From Candidatus Xenobia bacterium (GTDB lineage: Bacteria > Vulcanimicrobiota > Xenobia > Xenobiales > QWHO01): a stretch of 64,000 nt of DNA. The position numbers were made by a program, and so were the translations under genes. Shown one piece after another: positions 18,728 to 27,281 of this stretch (position 1 is the first letter of the stretch; the number at the start of each line of letters is the position of its first letter). The notes beneath the pieces are model-generated. The model made no database searches and was not told where the DNA came from. It worked only from the letters and a program-made list of their open reading frames with translations. The stretch spans positions 1 through 64,000 of the forward strand of contig BTUM01000019.1 in NCBI GenBank assembly GCA_045863235.1, read 5' to 3'.

Positions 18728-20779
18728 TTATTCGGCCGCCGCGGCAGCCGCCTTGGCCTGAGCGATGACGCCCTCGGCCACCGTGGGCGGGGCCTCCTCG
18801 TAGTGGCTGAACTTCATGTTGAATTCGCCGCGACCCTGAGTCATGGAGCGCAGGTCGATCGAGTAGCGCAGCATCTCCGATGCCGGAACGTTGGCCTTGA
18901 CCATCTGCAACCCGCGACCGATGGGCTCCATGCCGAGAATACGCCCCCGCTTGGAGTTCAAATCGCCCATGATGTCGCCCATGAAGCTCTCAGGAATGAT
19001 GACCTCCACCTCCGTGATGGGCTCGAGCAACACGGGGTTCGCTTTGAGAGCCCCTTCCTTGAACGCCTTGGCGCCCGCGATCTGGAAGGCCATGTCGGAG
19101 GAGTCGACGTCGTGGTAGCTCCCGTCATACAGGGTGACGCTCATATCCACCACCGGATAACCAGCCAGGAAGCCGTCCTTCATGGCATTCTGGACGCCCT
19201 TGTCGACCGATGGGCGGAAGTTCCCCGGAATCACGCCGCCGACGATCTTGTCGATGAATTCGTAACCCTCGCCGCGAGCTTTGGGAGCGAGCTCGAGCCA
19301 GACATCAGCGAACTGGCCACGTCCGCCGGTCTGCTTCTTGTGGCGGCCCTGAATCTTGACCGTGCCACGGATGGTCTCCTTGTAGGAGACCTTGGGATGC
19401 TCGAGCTCGACGTCTACGCCCGCCCGCTTGAGGCGGTTGACGCAGATGTCGATCTGCACATCACCCACGCCCTTGAGCAGCGTCTGACGAATCGAGTCGT
19501 CGCGCTCGACCTGCAGGGTGGGGTCCTCGGCCAGGATGTCGGCCAGCTTGCTGGAGAGCTTGTCCTCGTCTGCCTTGGACTTGGGATGGATGGCCTGCAC
19601 GAAGTACGGCTTGGCGAACTTGATGGACGGAATGACAACCTTCTTGTCCTTGGTACAGAGAGTGTCGCCGGTCCGGGTTCCTTCCAACTTGGCTACCAGG
19701 CAGATGTCCCCGGCCGCAGCCTCTTCCAGGGGCTCCTGCTTCTTGCCGCGCAGAGTGAAGATGTTGGCCACCTTCTCGGAGCGCTCTTTGGTGGAGTTGT
19801 AGTATTCCCCGTTGGGCTTCAAGGTTCCCGAGAAAACTTTCATGTAGCTCAGCTTGCCCAGATACTGATCGGAGGTGGTCTTGAAGACCAGACCCGAGAA
19901 GGGCCCGGCGGGGTCGATCTTGGGGTCGGATTTACCTTCCAGCGGGTTGGGAACGTAGCGCAGGATGGCGTTCAGCAAAGGAGCCACGCCTCGAATATGG
20001 ATAGCCGAGCCGCACAGCACGGGGACGATCTGGCCCGACTGGATGCGGCGCAACAGGCCGTCGCGCATCTCCTCGTCGCTCAGCTCCATGGTCTCGAGGT
20101 ACTTTTCCATCAGCTCTTCCGTGGCCTCGGCCGCTTCCTCGGCCAGCTTTTCACGGTAGGTCTGGATGCGCTCATTCATATCGCCCGGGATGGGAATCTC
20201 CTGAGGCTTGCCCTTGTCGTCGAACTTGTAGGCCTTCTGAGTGACCAGGTTGACCACCCCGGAGAAAGTGTCGGCGGTACCGATGGGCAGCTCGATGGGG
20301 ACCAGACGGCTGCCCGAAAGTTTCTCGCTGCAGTCATCCAGGCAGCGGTAGAAGTCGGCGTTCTCCTTGTCCATCTTGTTGAAGAACATGATGCGCGGCA
20401 TTCCAAGCAGCTCGGCCTGGCCCCACACTTTCTCCAGGCCAACCTCGACCCCGGCCACGGCAGAGGCCAGCAGCACCAGGCCTTCGACCACTCGCAGCGA
20501 GGCGGTGATCTCATACTGGAAGTCAAAAAAGCCCGGCAGGTCGAGCACGTTGATCTTATGGCCCTCCCACTCGACCGGCGCCAGGGCGGCGTAGATGGTC
20601 ATCCGCCGGCTGACTTCCTCGGGATCGAAGTCGAGCAGGCTGTTGCCATCATCCACTTTGTGAAAGCGATCAGCCCCACCCGTGAGGTAAAGGATGGAGT
20701 CGGCCAGCGTGGTCTTTCCCGAGGCCTGGTGACCATAGAGTCCTACGTTGCGAATCTGTTCTGTGGAATACTTCTTCAC
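18728..20779 (-). CDS. fusA: Elongation factor G-like protein (EF-G2-type paralogue)
   Basis: GHQASGKTT, DLPG, NKMD, KKQTGGRGQF, YHDVDSS, LRSMTQGRG. RRMTI replaces canonical RGITI and it lies outside the rpsL-rpsG-fusA operon. Confidence 0.92.
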   Translation of the reverse strand: MKKYSTEQIRNVGLYGHQASGKTTLADSILYLTGGADRFHKVDDGNSLLDFDPEEVSRRMTIYAALAPVEWEGHKINVLDLPGFFDFQYEITASLRVVEGLVLLASAVAGVEVGLEKVWGQAELLGMPRIMFFNKMDKENADFYRCLDDCSEKLSGSRLVPIELPIGTADTFSGVVNLVTQKAYKFDDKGKPQEIPIPGDMNERIQTYREKLAEEAAEATEELMEKYLETMELSDEEMRDGLLRRIQSGQIVPVLCGSAIHIRGVAPLLNAILRYVPNPLEGKSDPKIDPAGPFSGLVFKTTSDQYLGKLSYMKVFSGTLKPNGEYYNSTKERSEKVANIFTLRGKKQEPLEEAAAGDICLVAKLEGTRTGDTLCTKDKKVVIPSIKFAKPYFVQAIHPKSKADEDKLSSKLADILAEDPTLQVERDDSIRQTLLKGVGDVQIDICVNRLKRAGVDVELEHPKVSYKETIRGTVKIQGRHKKQTGGRGQFADVWLELAPKARGEGYEFIDKIVGGVIPGNFRPSVDKGVQNAMKDGFLAGYPVVDMSVTLYDGSYHDVDSSDMAFQIAGAKAFKEGALKANPVLLEPITEVEVIIPESFMGDIMGDLNSKRGRILGMEPIGRGLQMVKANVPASEMLRYSIDLRSMTQGRGEFNMKFSHYEEAPPTVAEGVIAQAKAAAAAAE

Positions 20780-20949
20780 TCTGAGTCCCTCCCTCAGCTA
20801 GGCAAGTGCGTGTGAGAACGTTGGAGCGCGAAAAATCCGCGTCACCTGGCCCGCAAGCCAGTTCTGGCGCCGCTGAGCCACCGACAATTCCAGCGCACGG
20901 CGAAGAATTCCTTCACATCAGCCGTGCGGGGAGAAACTTTGTGCGACCT

Positions 20950-21333
20950 TCAATCGAGCAGGGCCACGACCTCGATCTCGAGGCGAGCTCCCCGCGGCAG
21001 GCCGGCCACAGCCACCGTGGAGCGAGCCGGGGGCGGAACCGGCAGGTACTCTCCGTAGACCCGGTTGACCTCCGCGAAATCGTCCATCGTGACAAGGAAG
21101 ATCACGGTCTTGACCACGCCCTCCAGAGAGCTTCCAGCCGCACCCAACACGGCCTTCAGATTCTCCATCACACGACGGGTCTGAGCCTCGAGGTCGCCCT
21201 CCACGAGCTGGCCGGTGGCCGGGTCGAGGGGGATCTGACCCGAACAGAACAGCAGGTTGCCGGCTCGCACGGCCTGCGAGTAAGGGCCAATGGCGGCCGG
21301 AGCGTGGGGGGTGGAAACGGCGCTGCGGTTCAT
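20950..21333 (-). CDS. ridA: RidA family enamine/imine deaminase
   Basis: APAAIGPYSQA, SGQIP, PARSTVAVAGLP, EIE. Confidence 0.95.
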   Translation of the reverse strand: MNRSAVSTPHAPAAIGPYSQAVRAGNLLFCSGQIPLDPATGQLVEGDLEAQTRRVMENLKAVLGAAGSSLEGVVKTVIFLVTMDDFAEVNRVYGEYLPVPPPARSTVAVAGLPRGARLEIEVVALLD

Positions 21334-22145
21334 GATGAGATCATTCCTCCGATCGGTTTTCGTTGGAGGCTCGCCAGGCGGCGGGCCTCCAACAGGGTGG
21401 GCAGGTCATCCACATTGAACGCGCTTTCGGCAAAGGGGGTCTCGATGCCGGCGCAGGCCACTCCACCCAGCACTCGTTTGCCCGCTTGCTCGGCCCGCCG
21501 AATGGTCAACCGGCCGAACAAAAACGCGAGCACCGGGCCCAGGCCCAGGATACGGGCCAGAGCCAGGGGATTCTTGCGCTGGCGCGTCACGGCCACCAGG
21601 GCCGTTTGGACACGCTCGAGCACGCAAGGGCGGATCAGAAAGAGCCCCGTGCCGCAGAAGGTTCCCTCGGCCAGTCGGGCCCAGGTGTGGTGGAGCCCCG
21701 GATAGGCGCGCTCGGAATGCTCACGGCGCAAGAAACCATACCAAACGTCCACCTCGGGGCGACGGCGACAGCGATCCACAAAATCCGTCACCGCTTCCGG
21801 CGTGAGAAAGGCCAGGTCGCCAGTCACCGAAAGCACGGGCTGCTCGGGATCGCGGGCCTGGCGCAAGCCGTTGGCGAAGGATTCGAGGATGCTGGCCCCG
21901 GCCTGCACCACCGCGTCGGCCGCCCCGAACCAGGCCGGGTCAAGCTCCCCGGCCGGGACGGGACTGACCAGCACCACCCGGTCGACCCGCACCGAGGCCT
22001 TGAGCGCCTGCAGGGGGCGCGCGGCCATGGGAGCCTCGCCGATTCTCACCAGGCCCTTGCCCGCCGGTTCGACCTCGCCCGGGGGCAGGTGGCCGAATCG
22101 ACCGCCTGCCAACACCTGAGCGTCCACTCGAGCAGGAAAGCTCAT
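21330..22145 (-). CDS. MobA-like NTP transferase family protein
   Basis: VLAGG, KGLV, TGDL and NVDD motifs. Confidence 0.75.
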   Translation of the reverse strand: MSFPARVDAQVLAGGRFGHLPPGEVEPAGKGLVRIGEAPMAARPLQALKASVRVDRVVLVSPVPAGELDPAWFGAADAVVQAGASILESFANGLRQARDPEQPVLSVTGDLAFLTPEAVTDFVDRCRRRPEVDVWYGFLRREHSERAYPGLHHTWARLAEGTFCGTGLFLIRPCVLERVQTALVAVTRQRKNPLALARILGLGPVLAFLFGRLTIRRAEQAGKRVLGGVACAGIETPFAESAFNVDDLPTLLEARRLASLQRKPIGGMISS

Positions 22146-23002
22146 CGCGGGCCCCGGAATCGAGTGCAGGTCACGCGCCCCAGACCGGCCAGTCGGGCGG
22201 CCACGGCCGCTCCCCCGGAGGTGAGCAGGCCAAAGAGGCAGGAACCGCTGCCCGAGAGCAGCACTCCCTGGCAGCCGGCTTCAAGCATCGACTGGCGCAG
22301 CTCGGCCAGCCGAGGTTCGAGACGGGTTGCTGGAGGCTCGAGATCGTTGGCCAGGCCGGCCACCAGAGCGGCCAGGTCTCGCTGCTCCAACGCCCTGACC
22401 ACCCGCTCGGCGGCTCCCGGGGCGACCCGGACGGGCTGCTCGTCCCAGGCGCGATAAACTGGTCCGGTGGCCAGAGCGAAGGGCGGCTGCAGGACCACCA
22501 CTTCGCAGGCAGGAGGAGCGGGCACCGCCTGCAGCAGGTCCCCCCGGCCCTGACCGCGGGCAGCTCCGCCCCGAATGCCAAAGGCCACGTCCGCCCCCAG
22601 CTCGGCCCCGATGCGCTCGAGCTCAGCGGGGGAATGGCCCAGGGAGAGCAGTTCGTTGGCTCCCACCAGGACGGCAGCAGCATCGGCGCTTCCACCTCCC
22701 AGGCCGGCGCCTGCCGGGATGCGCTTGATCAGGCGCACACTCAGCTCGACCCCCAGTCGATTCAGGGCTCGAACGGCCAGATTCTCCTCGGGGGGGCCCA
22801 GCGAGAGGCCGCCCTCCACCTCGTTGACAACCTCGAGACCCGAGCCAGAGGACAGTTCAACCTCGTCGTACCAATCCAGCCAGGCGAACACGGTATCCAA
22901 CCTGTGATAGCCACCCGGTAACAAACCGAGCACCTCCAGGGCCAGGTTCACCTTGGCCGGCGCCTCGACGGTCAACACGGCCAGGCTACTCGCCCTCTTC
23001 AT
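22142..23002 (-). CDS. ispE: 4-(cytidine 5'-diphospho)-2-C-methyl-D-erythritol kinase
   Basis: APAKVNLAL, GYHRL, KRIPAGAGLGGGSADAA, LGADV, NDLE, SGSGS. Start uncertain (23002 or 22978). Confidence 0.95.
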   Translation of the reverse strand: MKRASSLAVLTVEAPAKVNLALEVLGLLPGGYHRLDTVFAWLDWYDEVELSSGSGLEVVNEVEGGLSLGPPEENLAVRALNRLGVELSVRLIKRIPAGAGLGGGSADAAAVLVGANELLSLGHSPAELERIGAELGADVAFGIRGGAARGQGRGDLLQAVPAPPACEVVVLQPPFALATGPVYRAWDEQPVRVAPGAAERVVRALEQRDLAALVAGLANDLEPPATRLEPRLAELRQSMLEAGCQGVLLSGSGSCLFGLLTSGGAAVAARLAGLGRVTCTRFRGPR

Positions 23003-24965
23003 CCTCGGACTTCGGAGAGGGGGTGATCTCATAGACCAGCGGTGTGTTGGCGACCTGAGAGACTTCGCGGGCCACCGCCAGCACCTGGGCGTAGTCTTGC
23101 ACGGGGATCCATGGCTTTTTCACCACCAGCCGACTGTAAAACCAGGCTTCCCGACCCTCCTGGCGCGAGGTGAGCAGGAACGAGACATAGTCATTGTCCA
23201 CCTGCACCGAGCCCGGCATGGACAGGATCTTGCTTCCCTCGGGCAACATCAGGTGCACCTGGCTGTCATCGCGGAAGGGATGGTCGAACTGCAGCGGATG
23301 CTCGCGGTCAGCCGGACTGTTCGCCAGAGAGGCGATGCGCTGATCGAGTTGGATGGGGATGCTCACCTGGCGTTTGTTGCCCTCGACCGCTACGTAATCC
23401 GGCACGATCAGCGTCATTCCCAGCGGAAAGCCCGGCCCGGCCGGCTCCTTGTCCGGGAAGTAACGCTCGTGAACCTGGGCCAGAGGGGAATAGCTCTGGG
23501 CGATGGCTGCGAAGAGCGAGCGCAGAATGGTATCCCGCCGACCCCGGTCGGAGCTCGCCAGGGCGCGCACGGCTTCCCGCAGGAAGGTGGCCGACTCCCC
23601 ATACTGCTGCTTGGAGATGGCCAGCTCGGCGCTGCCCTGCTCGTCCACTCTGGCCTCGATCTTCGTCTCGTCGCGATTCACGTCGAAGGCATCAACGCTG
23701 GCATCGGCCAGACGAGGGCCCTCGGGACCCAGAAAGAGGGCCGCCCGCCCCTGGAAGCCGCCCGGAGGCCCCGAAATCAGCTGACCCGGGTGGGCCGGGT
23801 CGAACCAGAAGGGCTTGCCGCCAACATCGGGCAGATAGAGCAGCACGCGACCCACAGAAGTCGGCTGAGGGAGCAATCGGGCCACCTCTTCGGTTGGCTC
23901 GGTAAAGGCCAGCACAGGCTGGGTTCGGAACCCGGCGAACTCGAGCATGGCCGAGACCAGGATCGAGGTGTCCATGTAAGACAGGACCGGCTCGTCGATC
24001 AAATCACTGACCTTGTTGGGCAGGAACTGCTCGTAAGACAGGTCGACCTGCTTCTTGGAGGCCACGACCCAGTCGAGAATGGCCTGAACCCGAGCCGTGG
24101 GCGTGGCGGCAGTGGGGAGCAAACCCGAGGTGATCATCCCCAGTCGGGGTCCACCCGCCGAGTTCTCCCGCCAACTGGAATAAAACCAATCGCCCAGCTC
24201 GTTCCAGGATTTGAAGCTGGACAAGTCCACCCGCCTGAGCAAGGATTCCGCCTCGGGCATGGCCGGCTCGGTGCGCAGAGCGGCCTGATCGCTCACCTGC
24301 CAGCGCAACACCTGGCTTTGATCGGCCACGGAGCGGGCCGGCCGCGAGGGCACCAGGCCCGGGGCGGCCCAGTGCACGTCGGTCCCCAGCGGGCTCTTCA
24401 CGGTGAAAATCGAGACCAGCAGCGGCTCGGGGTTCTGAACATAGGAGGTGGCCCACCAGGCGTTGCGATAGTGGGGCTTGCGGGTTGTCGTCAGCTTGTA
24501 TTCCAACACCGACCCGGGCGCCAGCTTGGGGAACTCGAACTCGAAACGGCGATAATCGCCGTAAACTTTGGATTTAGGCAGCAGAGGTGCGTCCACCACC
24601 GAATCGGGCTCGAGATCGTGCACCACCTGGTCGGGCCCGATGACCCGGGCCTCGTGCAAGGTGACCTCGCCATATCCCTGGCGGTAGACTCGGACCAGCG
24701 TCTGATGCGGCTCAATCCCCTCGCTGGTAAGAATCTTCACGATGTCATATTCGCTGTAGGCCGTGGAAGCGTCGCTCTTGAGCTCGAATCCGATATCATC
24801 GTAGAGAATGATGGCCGCCGCGTCGGGGAACTGCTGAGGGCCCGGAGAATTGACGAAGCGGCTGTCCTTGCGAAGCAGCGTACGCCCGGGCTGGCCCTGA
24901 ACCGAGCCGCAAAGACCAACCGAAAAGAGCAGTGCCCCCACTAACCAGACTCGTCCTCTAAGCAT
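22986..24965 (-). CDS. Secreted DUF3857/transglutaminase-like domain protein
   Basis: Signal peptide; 'FPKLAPGSVLEY', 'SSFKSWNELGDW', 'WFDP' and 'LPEG' motifs. The Cys expected in GDC-like catalytic motifs is not evident (LSYMD). Confidence 0.75.
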   Translation of the reverse strand: MLRGRVWLVGALLFSVGLCGSVQGQPGRTLLRKDSRFVNSPGPQQFPDAAAIILYDDIGFELKSDASTAYSEYDIVKILTSEGIEPHQTLVRVYRQGYGEVTLHEARVIGPDQVVHDLEPDSVVDAPLLPKSKVYGDYRRFEFEFPKLAPGSVLEYKLTTTRKPHYRNAWWATSYVQNPEPLLVSIFTVKSPLGTDVHWAAPGLVPSRPARSVADQSQVLRWQVSDQAALRTEPAMPEAESLLRRVDLSSFKSWNELGDWFYSSWRENSAGGPRLGMITSGLLPTAATPTARVQAILDWVVASKKQVDLSYEQFLPNKVSDLIDEPVLSYMDTSILVSAMLEFAGFRTQPVLAFTEPTEEVARLLPQPTSVGRVLLYLPDVGGKPFWFDPAHPGQLISGPPGGFQGRAALFLGPEGPRLADASVDAFDVNRDETKIEARVDEQGSAELAISKQQYGESATFLREAVRALASSDRGRRDTILRSLFAAIAQSYSPLAQVHERYFPDKEPAGPGFPLGMTLIVPDYVAVEGNKRQVSIPIQLDQRIASLANSPADREHPLQFDHPFRDDSQVHLMLPEGSKILSMPGSVQVDNDYVSFLLTSRQEGREAWFYSRLVVKKPWIPVQDYAQVLAVAREVSQVANTPLVYEITPSPKSEDEEGE

Positions 24966-25009
24966 TCTTGAAAACCGTTCCTCTGCGCCGGTCGGCGGCC
25001 CTGTGTTGC

Positions 25010-25969
25010 TCAGCCGGGGCCCGCGTAATGACAGGCGACCTGATGTCCGCTGGCCTTCTCCACCAGGGCCGGAATCTCTTCTTTACAGACCGCGCTGGCC
25101 AGCGGGCACCGCCCGACGTAGGGGCACCCGCGACCGGAGCTGCTCCCGGTCAGCAGTTGCATCGGCTCCCCCGAACGCCGGCCGGGGTCGGGGAGCGGCG
25201 CAGCCGCCATCAAGGCCCGGGTGTAGGGATGGAGAGGGGCCGTGCAGACCGCCTCGGCAGGGCCCTGCTCGACCAGCCGCCCGCGATAGAGGACGGCTAC
25301 GCGCTGGCTCACCATGCGCACGACGGCCAGATCGTGGGCGATGAACAGCATGGAGAGACGACGCTCCTCCTTGAGGTCAAGCAGCAGGTTGAGCACCTGG
25401 GCCTGCACCGAAACGTCCAGGGCCGAGACTGGCTCGTCGGCCACGATCAACTCGGGCTCCACGGCCAGGGCCCGGGCGATCCCGATGCGCTGGCGCTGTC
25501 CTCCCGAGAACTGATGGGGGTAGCGCTGAGCGTGCTCAGGCCGCAGGCCGACTCGCTCGAGCAGCGCCCGAACCCGGTCGGGAATCTCGGCCCGCGGAGC
25601 CAGTCCGTGCAGCAAGAAGGGCTCGGCCAGAATGGTCTGAATCGAATGGCGGGGATTCAAGCTGCTGAAGGGGTCCTGGAAGATGAACTGGGCCTTGCGA
25701 CGGAAGGAGAGCAGGTCGCGCCGGGCCAACAGGTCTTCGCCCTGAAAGTAGAGCTCGCCCGAGGTCGGCTCCAACAGTCGCAGAGCCATCCGGGCCGTGG
25801 TGCTCTTGCCCGATCCCGACTCGCCCACCAGGGCCAGCGTCTCGCCCGGCTCGACCACGAAGCTCACTTGATCGACAGCCCGAACCGGTGAGCCCCCCCC
25901 TCCGAACATCCCGCCCCCGGAGGCAAATGTTCGGGTAAGCCCACGTGCTTCCATCAAGGGACCGCTCAT
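25010..25969 (-). CDS. Oligopeptide/dipeptide ABC ATPase (OppF/DppF-like)
   Basis: [29 protein letters not shown]-terminal Cys cluster. Confidence 0.93.
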   Translation of the reverse strand: MSGPLMEARGLTRTFASGGGMFGGGGSPVRAVDQVSFVVEPGETLALVGESGSGKSTTARMALRLLEPTSGELYFQGEDLLARRDLLSFRRKAQFIFQDPFSSLNPRHSIQTILAEPFLLHGLAPRAEIPDRVRALLERVGLRPEHAQRYPHQFSGGQRQRIGIARALAVEPELIVADEPVSALDVSVQAQVLNLLLDLKEERRLSMLFIAHDLAVVRMVSQRVAVLYRGRLVEQGPAEAVCTAPLHPYTRALMAAAPLPDPGRRSGEPMQLLTGSSSGRGCPYVGRCPLASAVCKEEIPALVEKASGHQVACHYAGPG

Positions 25970-26943
25970 GCCACCTGGTCCGCGAAGAAGCAAGCGCTGA
26001 AATGGCCTGCCTCCAACTCGGCCAGGGCCGGCCGTTGGCTATGGCAGCGGTCTTGAGCCATGGAACAGCGGGGAGCGAAGGGACAGCCGGCGGGCAGAGC
26101 GCGCAGGTCGGGAGGCTGGCCCGGAATGGTTGGCAGACGGCCGGGAGCGCGGTCGAGACGAGGGACAGACGCGATCAGGCCAGCCGTGTAGGGGTGCCGG
26201 GGCTGGCTGAAGAGACGGCCCGTGGCAGCACGCTCGACAACCTGGCCGGCATACATGACGGCCGTCTCGTCCGACTCCTGGGCCACCACTCCCATGTCGT
26301 GAGTGATCAGCAGCACGGCCGAGTCCGACTGACGTCGGATTTCGCGCAACAGGGCCAGAATCTGAGCCTGAATGGTGACGTCCAGGGCCGTCGTCGGCTC
26401 GTCCGCGATCAACACCGCCGGGTCGCAGGCCAGCGCCATGGCGATCACGACCCGTTGCCGCATTCCACCCGAGAACTGGTGAGGATAGTCGTCCACCCGG
26501 AGGGCCGGCTCGGGAATCTGGACCCTGGCCAGCAGCTCGATGGCAGCCTGGCGCAGAGCGGTGCCGCGCAGACCCCGATGCACCGCGAGTGGCTCGGCCA
26601 CCTGACGCCCCACCGTCAGCACCGGGTTGAGGGCCGTCAGGGGGTCCTGGAAGATCATCCCCAACCGGTTGCCACGCAGCCGGCGCAACTCCGACGGGGG
26701 GAGCTCGCGAAGATTGCGGCCCTCGAACTCGATGACGCCATCCTCCACCTTCCCGGGGGGAGCGATCAGCCCGAGGATAGACATCGCGCAAACACTCTTG
26801 CCCGATCCCGACTCGCCCACCACCGCTAGCGTTCGACCGGGATAGAGCTCAAAACTGACTCCGTCGACCGCGGTCAGCATCCCCTGCTCGGTAGCAAACC
26901 GCGTGGTCAGGCCCCGCAGGGCCAGCACTGGAGTCTGGCTCAC
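25966..26943 (-). CDS. Oligopeptide/dipeptide ABC ATPase (OppD/DppD-like)
   Basis: [42 protein letters not shown] overlap start. Confidence 0.93.
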   Translation of the reverse strand: MSQTPVLALRGLTTRFATEQGMLTAVDGVSFELYPGRTLAVVGESGSGKSVCAMSILGLIAPPGKVEDGVIEFEGRNLRELPPSELRRLRGNRLGMIFQDPLTALNPVLTVGRQVAEPLAVHRGLRGTALRQAAIELLARVQIPEPALRVDDYPHQFSGGMRQRVVIAMALACDPAVLIADEPTTALDVTIQAQILALLREIRRQSDSAVLLITHDMGVVAQESDETAVMYAGQVVERAATGRLFSQPRHPYTAGLIASVPRLDRAPGRLPTIPGQPPDLRALPAGCPFAPRCSMAQDRCHSQRPALAELEAGHFSACFFADQVA

Positions 26944-27278
26944 TTCCCTCCTGTGACGCTCTTGATGATCTTGTTGACCGGCTTCTTGACCGAGTCGGGC
27001 ACGTGGGGCCAGGCGAAGTAGCCGCCCACCAGCAAGAGGATCAAGATCACCGTCTTGATCAGGGCCGCTCGCTGGCGCTCGGCTGCCAGGGCCGCCTCGT
27101 CGGCCCGCAGCTTGGCCATCTTCTCGGCCGAGGTAATGCTGTTCTGATGGCACTGATCGCTGCAGAACTTCCCCTCGGGCGTGGTGTAGGTGCACTCCTC
27201 GCAGATCGGCTTGAGGCACGATTTGCACTTGGTATCGGTCGGCCGCTCCTGGTGCTTGAGACAATGTGATTGTGCCAT
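26940..27278 (-). CDS. B-box-like zinc-finger membrane protein
   Basis: CxxH..CxxC..ICxxC..CxxxC, coiled coil, single TM. Confidence 0.75.
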   Translation of the reverse strand: MAQSHCLKHQERPTDTKCKSCLKPICEECTYTTPEGKFCSDQCHQNSITSAEKMAKLRADEAALAAERQRAALIKTVILILLLVGGYFAWPHVPDSVKKPVNKIIKSVTGGK

Positions 27279-27281
27279 GCT

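Noticed and set aside
18803..20815. Long antisense ORFs (also 22953-24944, 39863-41743, 43465-45096, 47229-48794, 50129-51655)
   Set aside because: They mirror well-supported genes and are expected from high GC3 codon bias.
25966..27264. 432-aa extended ABC ATPase
   Set aside because: The extension overlaps the zinc-finger gene in another frame; the GTGA-coupled start at 26943 fits better.
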